From positions 303,105 to 367,104 of IMG/VR virus record IMGVR_UViG_3300023174_002543: a DNA stretch of 64,000 nt, one strand, 5' to 3'. The notes below the pieces were generated by a model. The model saw only the letters and a program-made list of their open reading frames with translations, was not told the origin of the DNA and made no database searches. Both the position numbers and the translations under genes were made by a program. Below are positions 18,233-28,238 of this stretch, piece by piece. Each line of letters starts with the position of its first letter. The stretch's first letter is position 1.

Positions 18233-19651
18233 TTATCTTCTATTGTTCTTTAATAATGTATTAATTCTTGCACTAATAGCCGAACCCTCTACTCTTTTCT
18301 CCGGTACATCCACAGTTTCGTGGATTTTCTCATTAACTGACGTAACTGTACTTGAGGGCTTTAATCTACTCATAATGTCATTTCCTGAGGGTTGCGGGGC
18401 AGGACGATAACTATTGCTACCCTCTGGATCCGGATCTGTAATACGCAAAGTGTTCAAATCAAACGCTAATTCAATGTTCTGACCAACCCCTGAACTACTG
18501 CGAGTTTTCATTAATTGCAACTGGTATTGTCCCTTCTCACGCATATGTCTACTTGTGAAAATACCGAACACATTATCCGCGGTATTAATCTTACTAATAC
18601 CACCTGAAATATGACTATGGTCGAACTGAATTTCGTCTACCGCAGTACGATTTAACTGACTGGCCGTTACAAATAATACACGCAATTCTTTTGCTAAATT
18701 ACGCAATTCTTCCGACACATATTTGTCTTTAATAAACAAGTCGCTTGGGCTGACTTTTGCTGAAACTGGCATTAATAAATCCAAATAATCCACACATAAA
18801 AAGTCTAATTTCTTTTTATTTTTAATTTCTAACTCTTTACAATAACTACGCAAGTCATTAACTGTACTTTGTGCCGGTAGATATTTAATTTGCAATCCAC
18901 CTGACTTTTTTGCCAGCATTTTAACTTTCATTTCAACATCGTCAATACTCTTAAAGATATCACGGCTTCCCGTGTCAGTCATCATACCGTCAATACGCAT
19001 AGCACTTAGTTCTTCACTCAATTCTAATGAAATATAAGCACCATTTAATCCTGCTTGACTCCAGTTAACTGATAAGTTTTGCATGAATAATGACTTACCC
19101 GATCCTGAACCACCAGCAAAGATATTCAATTCTCCTCTGTTGAATCCACCATAAAGTTTCGCATCCATGCAGGGCCATCCCGTACTAATTTGTCCGTTAG
19201 AGTTTTTAAGCTGCATAAGCCTCCCCCTCGGGTCAGCAAAGTAATCTGTACCCATGTCTTTTGTTAAACTAATCTGTACCGCATCTTTGATTAGTTTCTC
19301 TACTGGGTTATAATCACCCTTCTCTAATAGGTCAGCACTCTTTAGAATTGCACGTTCCAACTCTTGTCTACGTGTAAACTTCTCAAACTCATCCAAGAAC
19401 CAATCATAGTGACCTTGCTCAAATTCTGTTACTGGTTCTATCTCTACGTTTGTTACTGCAACAACTTGTGCGCTGTCAGGCAACAAGTTATACTTCTCCA
19501 TGTGTTCTTTGAAAAAGCTAGCCACAGGACGTAAACTCTTATCAAAGTTGTCTGGGTTCATTATGTTCATAACCCTTACATACAATTCTGCGTTTGTCAA
19601 CATCATACGCAAGAATAATGTTTGCACATTTACATTATATTCTTCTACCAT
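18233..19651 (-). CDS. Replicative DNA helicase (T4 gp41/DnaB-like)
   Basis: GGSGSGKS Walker A, YISLELSE, VDYLDL, TASQLNR, KTR. Confidence 0.92.
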   Translation of the reverse strand: MVEEYNVNVQTLFLRMMLTNAELYVRVMNIMNPDNFDKSLRPVASFFKEHMEKYNLLPDSAQVVAVTNVEIEPVTEFEQGHYDWFLDEFEKFTRRQELERAILKSADLLEKGDYNPVEKLIKDAVQISLTKDMGTDYFADPRGRLMQLKNSNGQISTGWPCMDAKLYGGFNRGELNIFAGGSGSGKSLFMQNLSVNWSQAGLNGAYISLELSEELSAMRIDGMMTDTGSRDIFKSIDDVEMKVKMLAKKSGGLQIKYLPAQSTVNDLRSYCKELEIKNKKKLDFLCVDYLDLLMPVSAKVSPSDLFIKDKYVSEELRNLAKELRVLFVTASQLNRTAVDEIQFDHSHISGGISKINTADNVFGIFTSRHMREKGQYQLQLMKTRSSSGVGQNIELAFDLNTLRITDPDPEGSNSYRPAPQPSGNDIMSRLKPSSTVTSVNEKIHETVDVPEKRVEGSAISARINTLLKNNRR

Positions 19652-20618
19652 TCATTATCTTTCTTTTTTGCATTTGTATCTTAATCTTACTGTTAGTAGC
19701 ATACTGTAATATGCTTAACAATGTAGGTAGTTTACCATATCTAACCACTGCGTCATTCACATCTTTAACATCATTGTGCCATAACGGTAAACTAACACTA
19801 TACCCTAACTCCAATGCACGGTCAGTCATCTTTAGTCCTGCTTCATCTTGATCTGGAACTACAATGATACGTTTACCTAGACTGTTTAAAATTTCTGCTT
19901 GCCCATCGCTGATATCATCATGCATTACTGCAACACCATCAATACTAATTGCATCGAAAATACCTTCGGTGACTATACACACTTGATAGTCTTGTTTTTG
20001 CTTGTTAGTATTGAACACATAACCAGGTTGCTGGTTATTTAAGTATTTAGGAATCTTATTATCTAAGAATCTACTAGTGTTACCTACGATTCTGTTCTTA
20101 TAATAGTATGGAACTACTATACGATTACTGTTGCGACCTTCGTCATTTGGAGTAACTATAAATCTATAGTTATGTATATCTATCTTGCGTTTTGTTAGAT
20201 AATCTACATATACTTTGTGTTTTGGGTTATTTACATCTAACTCTTCACCTTCAGGTAAAGGTACGTTATTAAATTTACCTGCCACACTATTCTTTTTCTT
20301 TTGTATAGTAAAGTCTAATAAGTCTTTATATTGTAAACTTTCTAAACTCCATCGTTGAATTTCGATTTCATCTACACCCAACCAAGTTAAATATTTTCTA
20401 GTGTTTTGGCTGATCGGTTTACCTAATGTGAAACTACATTTGAAGCCACAATTGAAACAATGCATTACCCAATTCTGACCTTCAAATTTAAGTCCGCCCC
20501 TACTTCTAGTATCGGGTCTATGACCGCCGTGATTAGTACAACAAGTTGCATTAAAACTTGTCCAACCATTATGTGTTTTTTTCTTTTTACTAGGAATTAG
20601 TGATAGGATATCAAACAT
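19635..20618 (-). CDS. DNA primase (T4 gp61-like)
   Basis: Zn finger (..HCFNC), TOPRIM VTEGIFDA, PDQDEAG, KDVND. Confidence 0.88.
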   Translation of the reverse strand: MFDILSLIPSKKKKTHNGWTSFNATCCTNHGGHRPDTRSRGGLKFEGQNWVMHCFNCGFKCSFTLGKPISQNTRKYLTWLGVDEIEIQRWSLESLQYKDLLDFTIQKKKNSVAGKFNNVPLPEGEELDVNNPKHKVYVDYLTKRKIDIHNYRFIVTPNDEGRNSNRIVVPYYYKNRIVGNTSRFLDNKIPKYLNNQQPGYVFNTNKQKQDYQVCIVTEGIFDAISIDGVAVMHDDISDGQAEILNSLGKRIIVVPDQDEAGLKMTDRALELGYSVSLPLWHNDVKDVNDAVVRYGKLPTLLSILQYATNSKIKIQMQKRKIMNGRRI

Positions 20619-20669
20619 ATTACAATTGTAACATAATATCTATCAAAAAGCAATATAGATGGTATAATA

Positions 20670-21419
20670 TTATCTAGCTAAAATAGAAGTCACGTAGCCG
20701 GCTGTTCTATCAAATTGGAATCGTATATATGGATGATATCCAATGGTGTTGTATCCAAGGGTATATGTCACTGGTAAAGCGGGATCCGTAAACGCAATTA
20801 CCTCTATATTATACCAATTTGATATTCCATTGGTAGAACCCTGTATAGTTATTTGACCTACAAATTCTTCGTACCTTACTTGAAAAGTAATCTTAGGGTT
20901 ATAATTGGTAGGAAACACAGAACTATAATATATACCTGTTTGGGCATTTATAGCAGGAACTGTTAATTCCTGTGATAGAACACGTAGAGGATATACGCTA
21001 TTAACAATATCTATTTCACCCCTACCGGTACCGTTTTTATCTATTAGTCCAGGTACGTTTAATCCCAATTCATCAGGTAATTCTAAACTGTAATAGCATT
21101 TTTGTGTGTGTACATTGTTCAAACTATTGGCATTTACTCTGAGTTCAGCAATTCCTGTTACGGCCAATGTGTTTACTAAACTTTGTTGTAACAATATTTC
21201 ATTGTTATCATAACTGATTAATCTAAAGGTTATTTGCTTACCAGTAATGTTGATTGGTTTCTGTTCTTGGTTTAAGAACTGGAATTGTAATCTACTGGCG
21301 CTTCCCTTATGTAGTTTTAATGTTTTAGCGTACACGTTGTCATATCTCCTAGGTGAGGAACCCACTTCAATTACTACTATTTGTCTGGGGACATATTGAT
21401 AAATTTCAGTTGAGTACAA
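20670..21419 (-). CDS. Probable virion/baseplate-associated protein
   Basis: beta-rich 249 aa, TTG start with AGGAG RBS, late promoter. Confidence 0.5.
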   Translation of the reverse strand: MYSTEIYQYVPRQIVVIEVGSSPRRYDNVYAKTLKLHKGSASRLQFQFLNQEQKPINITGKQITFRLISYDNNEILLQQSLVNTLAVTGIAELRVNANSLNNVHTQKCYYSLELPDELGLNVPGLIDKNGTGRGEIDIVNSVYPLRVLSQELTVPAINAQTGIYYSSVFPTNYNPKITFQVRYEEFVGQITIQGSTNGISNWYNIEVIAFTDPALPVTYTLGYNTIGYHPYIRFQFDRTAGYVTSILAR

Positions 21420-21499
21420 TTTCCGGCTCCTGTATAGTATTTATATAAAATAATATATTGGTAAACTACCCAGTATAAATAAAGGGTGCATCTAAAATA

Positions 21500-21880
21500 A
21501 TGATTAATAACGAATTTTTCAAAAAACTCACCGAGAATCACCCCTTTATAACTGTTTGTTCCTATGCTGGTCAAGACTATGTAGGGATAGTTCAAAATAG
21601 GGACGATATTGTCACCACTATCTATGATTATGGTTCTATTATTGATGCAATATTACGTGATAGGTTCTTAGAACTAGGTGATACTTGGTGGTGGGAAAGT
21701 AACAGATTAGTTCCTATTAACATGTTTTTACGACAAGATTGGGATCCCTTTAAACCCTATCTTAGAACATTTAATAACAAAAGCCTTACTGTAGTACATG
21801 GACCAATATGCAGTATGTTAGAATTGAGCAAGCGCAAAAGTAAACGCAAGTCAATAACACTAGTCAAACGAATGTCCTGA
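21500..21880 (+). CDS. Hypothetical protein
   Basis: TATAAATA upstream; 126-aa ORF. Confidence 0.7.
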   Translation: MINNEFFKKLTENHPFITVCSYAGQDYVGIVQNRDDIVTTIYDYGSIIDAILRDRFLELGDTWWWESNRLVPINMFLRQDWDPFKPYLRTFNNKSLTVVHGPICSMLELSKRKSKRKSITLVKRMS

Positions 21881-22441
21881 TTCAAGTAAGTTCATATGAA
21901 CTACTACAAGTTGTGCATAAGCGATAGCATGACTTTTCTTAAAACTATACCCATCACTTCCCTTATCCCATACAGTTTCTGCTACTTCTTTCCAGGATAG
22001 TCCAATCAAATGTTTCTTGCCAGGTCTTAATAGTGCTAAGAACATTGCTAGTCTAGGTATACTATTGATTGGTTCTGGCATCTTTTGTATGCTACTATAA
22101 TGATTACTCAAATGAATAAGTTTTTCTACAAAATTCTTATCATATAGTTTCACCCAATTAGGTTCACGCATCATTTCAATTAGATGATTTTCATCTTTGA
22201 TAGCACTATAAACAAAAACATTCAATAAATCTAACTTGATATATCCTCTATTTTCTGCAACAGTATAATCTATGTTAGCCATATCATTCATGCTATCATA
22301 AGGTATATCAGTTACGTATACACCGGTCGCATGTTTACGAATAGGTTTGACATTACGCATACTTGCAGGTATATGCTGTATATGTTCTAATATACTATCT
22401 CTGTTACCAAAGTCAATATCAATGTCTGAATTGAATTTCAT
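21860..22441 (-). CDS. Minimal DNA polymerase III alpha (DnaE)-like protein, ~193 aa
   Basis: SDIDIDF, KHATGVYV, GYIKLDLL, FLALLRPG, YSFKKSHAIAYA in DnaE order; ATGA-coupled start at 22441. Confidence 0.75.
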   Translation of the reverse strand: MKFNSDIDIDFGNRDSILEHIQHIPASMRNVKPIRKHATGVYVTDIPYDSMNDMANIDYTVAENRGYIKLDLLNVFVYSAIKDENHLIEMMREPNWVKLYDKNFVEKLIHLSNHYSSIQKMPEPINSIPRLAMFLALLRPGKKHLIGLSWKEVAETVWDKGSDGYSFKKSHAIAYAQLVVVHMNLLESGHSFD

Positions 22442-22860
22442 TTGCTTAAGTACTCCGCCGCACGTATACATCTTTCAGCATTATCACCTAAATTACCTAA
22501 ACCTAAATTACACTTGTGGCATAACCATCCTCTAAATTCTTCGGTTTCATGATTATGGTCTGCTACCCACACAGACTTTTTATTTTTACCATACGTAGTT
22601 AGTTCGTCTCCTGTACGTTGGCATACCGGACATTTATGATTAGATTCAACTTTTGGTGCTGACTTTTTAATCTTATTTAGAAGTTTAGTATGTTTTCTTG
22701 CACAATTTCTACATTCGTAACGTAGATATCCTTTACTCCCTTCTTTAGCAAAATATGCAGAATTTGCCGGTAATGTTTGCTTACACATAGTACAAAGTTT
22801 TGTATCCAAAGACCTGTTACTTTGATCCAGCCCGTCGAATAATTCAGTTAACATTTTCAT
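22438..22860 (-). CDS. Endonuclease VII-family HNH nuclease
   Basis: CPVC...DHNH...RGWLCHKCNLGLG. Confidence 0.85.
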   Translation of the reverse strand: MKMLTELFDGLDQSNRSLDTKLCTMCKQTLPANSAYFAKEGSKGYLRYECRNCARKHTKLLNKIKKSAPKVESNHKCPVCQRTGDELTTYGKNKKSVWVADHNHETEEFRGWLCHKCNLGLGNLGDNAERCIRAAEYLSK

Positions 22861-23414
22861 TTTCTAGGTTCTACCAATCCAACTTTAATTAATTTCATAT
22901 ATGCTTGTTGTACAACTATTGCTTGTCGTTCGGCATCTTCTACTGCCTTGTGGCTTGTTACATGACCATCAGATTTAAGTTTAACACCGCATATGTCATA
23001 GATAGTTCTAGTGTCTCTAATATTCCAAAAACTCCATGGTGGCAATTGTTTAAAGTTTCGCCATGCACTTTCCATTACAACAATATCAAAACTAGCGCCA
23101 TTACTCCATACATGACCATTGTTATACTTCCAACACCATTTGTAAAGTGTATCCATGCAATCTTTAAATGACACTCTATCTCTATCACCTAATGCTTCTT
23201 CTTGTGCGGCTTCACTTTGCTCACCCCACCAACGCAATGTATCGTCATTGATAGTACGATTGTACAACTCTGTTTGGTCTTCAATCGTAGGGCGTAACTC
23301 AAGTCTTTCGATAATGCCTTGACCTTTAGGGTCAAACAATACTGCACCGATTGTAAGTATAACACAATCAGGTCCTGTATCTAAACTCTCAATGTCAATC
23401 ATTATATCAGCCAT
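22857..23414 (-). CDS. DEDDh 3'-5' exonuclease (DexA/RNase AS-like)
   Basis: MIDIESL, WSNGASFD, RDTRT, HKAVEDA. Confidence 0.85.
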   Translation of the reverse strand: MADIMIDIESLDTGPDCVILTIGAVLFDPKGQGIIERLELRPTIEDQTELYNRTINDDTLRWWGEQSEAAQEEALGDRDRVSFKDCMDTLYKWCWKYNNGHVWSNGASFDIVVMESAWRNFKQLPPWSFWNIRDTRTIYDICGVKLKSDGHVTSHKAVEDAERQAIVVQQAYMKLIKVGLVEPRK

Positions 23415-23805
23415 TTTGTGTATCCCTTAAATATTTTGCCGCTTTGTCTAATAGTTCGGGGTTGTCTTTGAAATTGCCACATCCCAAATTACATTTTCTA
23501 CACAACCATCCACGAAATGTTTTTTCAATATGATTATGATCCATAACCCACGGTCTACCTTTTTTACGTAATGTTGGATTAATATTTTCATTTAATTGTT
23601 CTTCTGTTTGTTTACATATAGGACAAACATGATTGTCAGGTATAGGTGGTGCAGTTTTTCTTATTTCATTACGTTCTTTAGCTAATGCACTATCACATTC
23701 TCTACAATCAGACCGTAATTTTTTACCCCCACTATCATTGCCAAATTGATTCAATGGTTTGATACATTTGCATCTGTTACAAATCTTTGATATCAATTTT
23801 TCCAT
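23407..23805 (-). CDS. Endonuclease VII-family HNH nuclease (second copy)
   Basis: CPIC...MDHNH...RGWLCRKCNLGCG. Confidence 0.85.
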   Translation of the reverse strand: MEKLISKICNRCKCIKPLNQFGNDSGGKKLRSDCRECDSALAKERNEIRKTAPPIPDNHVCPICKQTEEQLNENINPTLRKKGRPWVMDHNHIEKTFRGWLCRKCNLGCGNFKDNPELLDKAAKYLRDTQNG

Positions 23806-24077
23806 AACTCGTACATAGTTTTAAATTTGTCTTCCCATAGTATGATTGTAACATTTCCTGATACTAAAAGAAAGTCCCAACCTATACCTCTTTCCCCGAA
23901 ATTACGTCTACACCATTTTACAATGATACTTGGGTCTTCTTTTTTACTCTTACAATCATATACATATGATTTTCTGTTTCCCCTACTCATATAAGTACGG
24001 TCAATTATCTCATATTGTATTTCGTCTTCTCTAACTGGTAGTGGTCTGAATGTACCTGTGCTAATTCCTATTGCCAT
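23793..24077 (-). CDS. Small protein, paralogous-array member
   Basis: KWCRRNFG...ILWEDKFKTMYELW. Confidence 0.65.
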   Translation of the reverse strand: MAIGISTGTFRPLPVREDEIQYEIIDRTYMSRGNRKSYVYDCKSKKEDPSIIVKWCRRNFGERGIGWDFLLVSGNVTIILWEDKFKTMYELWKN

Positions 24078-24081
24078 AATT

Positions 24082-24306
24082 TCACCCGTATTTTAATTTA
24101 AACCAAGTACCTAAACTATCTACGTAAAAGGTAAAGATAGAATATCTTTTGCTATCAATCCAATGACCTGACACTGGATCTGTTTTTGGTGGTATATACT
24201 CAAAGTCAAAATGAATTCCTTGAACATATTTCAAATTTCTCAATTCTGACACAATCACCAATGTATCATTAGGTGATTTGTCTACTAATGTAACTACACT
24301 TGTCAT
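24082..24306 (-). CDS. Small protein, paralogous-array member
   Basis: C-terminal FTFYVDSLGTWFKLKYG. Confidence 0.65.
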   Translation of the reverse strand: MTSVVTLVDKSPNDTLVIVSELRNLKYVQGIHFDFEYIPPKTDPVSGHWIDSKRYSIFTFYVDSLGTWFKLKYG

Positions 24307-24539
24307 AAGAATTTTAATGAAAAATAACTTGCTAACTTATCATCTTCAAATGATAGATACCATACTAATGCTACACCGGTTACTGCACGACCGGCTATGC
24401 GTTCTTCTTTACACTTTGCAACCCAACCAACACCACCGATACTTTTCGGTAGATAATGTAATCTAGCCCCGACATTTTTTACTAACCATTGTTCTTCTCT
24501 TGGTCTTAAACTGCGTCCTAATCTTACTGTTGCTACCAT
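24303..24539 (-). CDS. Small protein, paralogous-array member
   Basis: QWLVKNVG...LSFEDDKLASYFSLKF. Confidence 0.65.
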   Translation of the reverse strand: MVATVRLGRSLRPREEQWLVKNVGARLHYLPKSIGGVGWVAKCKEERIAGRAVTGVALVWYLSFEDDKLASYFSLKFL

Positions 24540-24540
24540 G

Positions 24541-24813
24541 TTATTGCCACCTCAGACTAAACCATTCAGCTTCTTTTTTAGATTTGAATATAAATGTTTT
24601 TCCTCTGGATACAAAACCTCTTTTACAATTTTTTGTTACCCAATCTCTAAGTTCAATTGATTTTTCTCTACTTCCCAATGTTAGTAACTCAACTGTGTAC
24701 CAACCGGAGCCAATCAATAATTCTTTCATAATACCAAAGTCCATCTCCTCAGCCATTTCTTTAGCCAAGTCTTCAGTGATTTGTTCTTCTAGTGATGTTG
24801 TTTTTATAGCCAT
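24541..24813 (-). CDS. Small protein, paralogous-array member
   Basis: DWVTKN...FIFKSKKEAEWFSLRW. Confidence 0.65.
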   Translation of the reverse strand: MAIKTTSLEEQITEDLAKEMAEEMDFGIMKELLIGSGWYTVELLTLGSREKSIELRDWVTKNCKRGFVSRGKTFIFKSKKEAEWFSLRWQ

Positions 24814-25040
24814 CTCAAGTTAAAATGAATTGCATCACGCTCGTCTTGAAAATAAAAATCCATATATCCTTCAGTAGGATGTGTGGAATATTTACCTCCA
24901 GGTAAGCCATAGTGTTCAATTGCCCAAGCACATGTTTCGTTCCACTTGGTAATAGTATCCCCTTCTTTCCAAGGTATACGTACCCTAGTAGCCTGCGATA
25001 CGGAGAGTGTCGGTGATTTGTTTTTTAAGTTCTGGTTCAC
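24804..25040 (-). CDS. Small protein, paralogous-array member (start uncertain)
   Basis: WAIEHYG...FYFQDERDAIHFNLRW. Confidence 0.65.
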   Translation of the reverse strand: MNQNLKNKSPTLSVSQATRVRIPWKEGDTITKWNETCAWAIEHYGLPGGKYSTHPTEGYMDFYFQDERDAIHFNLRWL

Positions 25041-25692
25041 GATGAAATTTTAATGCCCACTGTTCTGGATTTATGTAATCAATTACTATTTTAGCATGGT
25101 CTGTGTTTAATGTCTCTAAGAAACGGCTACCGCTATCACTACAATACAACATCCAGGGACTTATTTTACCTGTTGTAATAGCATGACATATCTTGTTTGG
25201 ATTAGCATAGCGTAACACATCATTGGCTTGTATGTGAGCATCTTCAGCCAATATTGCACTATACTCTACACTTCTAGCAAGTGCATCAAACGCATCCTCT
25301 ACTCTTAGATATTCACATAGATATTTTGTATAGTTGTTATCACTAACCCAATTATCTATTTTGATATTGTCTTTTAGTAACCAGTCGATATATCTACTAG
25401 GATTTAGTACATTTACATCTACACAATAGCTACCAAATTTTGCAAACAATGCATAGTAAGGATTACGAATGAATTCCTCATACGTTTTGTTTTTAGTTTT
25501 ACTTGCGCTATGCTTACTGTAGAATTGCAACCATGATTGAAAACCTAAACGATTTCCTGCATGGTCACGATGAAGCCATCGTTGTTTGTATTCGCAAATA
25601 TGACTGAATAATGTTTTTTCACGGACAAACTCTCGCTTACAAAATTCACAACCATACTTAACCGGTTGTTCAATTACCGCTTTCTTTTTCAT
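24985..25692 (-). CDS. Hypothetical protein with N-terminal Zn finger
   Basis: CEFC...SHIC. Confidence 0.65.
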   Translation of the reverse strand: MKKKAVIEQPVKYGCEFCKREFVREKTLFSHICEYKQRWLHRDHAGNRLGFQSWLQFYSKHSASKTKNKTYEEFIRNPYYALFAKFGSYCVDVNVLNPSRYIDWLLKDNIKIDNWVSDNNYTKYLCEYLRVEDAFDALARSVEYSAILAEDAHIQANDVLRYANPNKICHAITTGKISPWMLYCSDSGSRFLETLNTDHAKIVIDYINPEQWALKFHREPELKKQITDTLRIAGY

Positions 25693-26257
25693 ATTTCTTT
25701 ATATCTTCTTCAGTAATTAAGTTAGCCAGTGTTTTGATATCACTGTATTTTAGATTAGGATAAGTCTTTGCTAAAAAATGCATCTTTTTGTGTTCCAAGA
25801 CATATGCCTCGCTTATTGCCATGATATCATCAGAACTATATTTAGGATATATCTTAGTAAAGTAATCAATGATATCACTAATCTTTGCATTGTCACGCAA
25901 ACTAGTAACACCTATTTTAAGATGGGGTATCCACTGGTGATATTGTTTGCCTGCACCTAGACTTGCAGCACAAAACATTAACCACTGTAGTTTAGGATGA
26001 CGTTGTACGTGTTCATTAAACAAATGTTTGTTTACTGCACCATCAGTAGACATTACATAAAATCCTTGCACATCACTTGAACTTTTTACTGTGCTTACCC
26101 AATGTGTCATCATATAGGGTACAAACTTTTTCTTTTGTTCTTCACTTAGTCTGTCATAGTAGCCATAGTCTTTTTTATCAATAGCCAACAATGTTTCAAA
26201 CAAGTCTAAGTCTTGCTTTTGAAACTTTTCATCAACTGATACTTTTTCTTTTGCCAT
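25670..26257 (-). CDS. Probable clamp-loader small subunit (T4 gp62-like)
   Basis: FVPYMMTHW, LQW, QYHQWI pattern, size and replication-gene context. Confidence 0.55.
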   Translation of the reverse strand: MAKEKVSVDEKFQKQDLDLFETLLAIDKKDYGYYDRLSEEQKKKFVPYMMTHWVSTVKSSSDVQGFYVMSTDGAVNKHLFNEHVQRHPKLQWLMFCAASLGAGKQYHQWIPHLKIGVTSLRDNAKISDIIDYFTKIYPKYSSDDIMAISEAYVLEHKKMHFLAKTYPNLKYSDIKTLANLITEEDIKKYEKESGN

Positions 26258-26760
26258 TAGAATGCCTGATTATAATCTACAATTTCACAATTACGACTAA
26301 TCTCTTTTACAAAATAAACACATCTAGGTTTAGGACCATCATCAAGTGGAATACATAAGAATTGACCATTCTTCAATCTAGGTGCATACCAAGTTACATC
26401 ATGGTATATGTTTACAATCTCAATATCTAAGAAACTGGGTCTAAATGCACTAAGTGGATTAAACTCAAATACTTTAAATCCCCTATCATTGATACTAGTA
26501 AGAGGCAATGTTTCTAAGTCACCTATTTCAGGTTCTCCGATTAACACTTGCCAATCAATTGGCATCTTAATTGTTCTATCACCAATCTTCAATACTAGGG
26601 CCGGACTATTAAAACTCTCTAAGAAGATTAACGGTATGTAATGGTAATCAACGTTAGTAGGATTACTGTTATCAAGTATTGCAAATCGTAAATCATCTAT
26701 TTCCTCTGGCAAGGTTTCTAGGTTGTAAAATTCGTTGTTTTCTAAATTCAATATACGCAT
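26257..26760 (-). CDS. Hypothetical protein
   Basis: 167-aa ORF coupled to the downstream gene. Confidence 0.7.
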   Translation of the reverse strand: MRILNLENNEFYNLETLPEEIDDLRFAILDNSNPTNVDYHYIPLIFLESFNSPALVLKIGDRTIKMPIDWQVLIGEPEIGDLETLPLTSINDRGFKVFEFNPLSAFRPSFLDIEIVNIYHDVTWYAPRLKNGQFLCIPLDDGPKPRCVYFVKEISRNCEIVDYNQAF

Positions 26761-26780
26761 GTTGCTATTATAACACTTTC

Positions 26781-28238
26781 TTATTTGTATGTCAATTTTT
26801 CTACGTCAAACGGGTAGTTTGCTTCTTTGTAGAATGCTTTGCGCTGGGTCAAATGACGTTTAGCAAACTTGCATGTACTCGTCATATCCCAGATTTGGAC
26901 AAAGTCTTTGTCTTCCGCTTTCCTAATACCTCGCCCAATAGATTGTATAACCCTAACAAAACTCTTTCCGGGCTCAACAAGAACAAGATTGAAGATCCTA
27001 GGAATATTAATACCCACAGCGGCCACACCATAAGTCGCCACAATAATCTTCCCAGTACTTGTAGCAATTTCGTCATATTCTTCTTTCCTTTCTGTTAATT
27101 TTGTCTCACCTGATATGAACACACTATCGGGTAATCTGTTTACTAATTCTCTACCTGCATTAACTCTGTCAACTAGAATCAATGTATTACCTGTTTCTTT
27201 AATCTCTAAAATCTTTTGTGCAATAGCATCTAATCTATAAGTATCTTCCAATAAATGTTTTAATTCACTTTGGTAATTAGTAAATTCTACATCGTCTTTA
27301 AGTTGCAATATCTTAACATGACACTGTGCTAACACACCCTTTTCTTGCAATTCACTTGCACTTAACTTGCTGATTACAGGACCAAGCGAAACATACAATG
27401 ATTGTGCTTCAAAAATTGCTTTAGGTATTGTCCCAGTCAGTCCCCAACGAATTGGAATATGACTCATCACACCAGTCAATAGTTCTTTCAATACGTCAGC
27501 CTTAGCCATATGCACTTCATCAACCATGATACAAACAACACCTTCAATAAATTCACCTATTGATACTTCAGCGTTACCTGACTTAGTATTCTTCAACATG
27601 TTACCTAGGCTTTGCCATGTACATATTGTATGTGTTTTGCCATACTCTTTTCTATCACCAAAGTATACACCAACGTCTAAACCTAGATTAATATAATCGG
27701 CTTCAGTTTGTACAACTAAACTTTTGTTTGGTACAATAACAATACTACGACCATAATCTTGTACGCTATAACTCAATGCCGCAGTCATCAATGTCTTACC
27801 TGCACCAGTAGCAATTTCTTGTATAGACTGTGGATTAGCCAAGAACTCGTTAACTACCGTTAGTTGATAGTCACGAAACATAACAGGATCACCTGCTTTA
27901 GGATGACCTATAGGCCAACTATGTTTACTGAATGTATCTTCTTCAATTTGCTTAAAGTTGAAAACTGTACTGTATGTTCTTAGGTCGTCTAATTCGATAT
28001 CGTATCCTGCATTCTCGAGGAGGGGCAGAATTTCAGGAAGTAAATTTACATAAGTTGAACCACCTAGACTGAAATAACTGATTTTACCGTTCCAACGACC
28101 GAGTCGGACACTTGGCAGATATCTTGCCCCCGGCTTCTCATATTCGAATTTTTTCATCAATGCTTTGCGTTCAGGTAACTCTAATCCCTCAATCTTTACA
28201 TTGACTTCATCTTTGATAATTAATCTACACTGTTTCAT
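26781..28238 (-). CDS. uvsW: SF2 DNA helicase UvsW-like
   Basis: ATGAGKT, DEVH, TGT, QSIGRGIR, HLTQRKAFY. Confidence 0.88.
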   Translation of the reverse strand: MKQCRLIIKDEVNVKIEGLELPERKALMKKFEYEKPGARYLPSVRLGRWNGKISYFSLGGSTYVNLLPEILPLLENAGYDIELDDLRTYSTVFNFKQIEEDTFSKHSWPIGHPKAGDPVMFRDYQLTVVNEFLANPQSIQEIATGAGKTLMTAALSYSVQDYGRSIVIVPNKSLVVQTEADYINLGLDVGVYFGDRKEYGKTHTICTWQSLGNMLKNTKSGNAEVSIGEFIEGVVCIMVDEVHMAKADVLKELLTGVMSHIPIRWGLTGTIPKAIFEAQSLYVSLGPVISKLSASELQEKGVLAQCHVKILQLKDDVEFTNYQSELKHLLEDTYRLDAIAQKILEIKETGNTLILVDRVNAGRELVNRLPDSVFISGETKLTERKEEYDEIATSTGKIIVATYGVAAVGINIPRIFNLVLVEPGKSFVRVIQSIGRGIRKAEDKDFVQIWDMTSTCKFAKRHLTQRKAFYKEANYPFDVEKLTYK

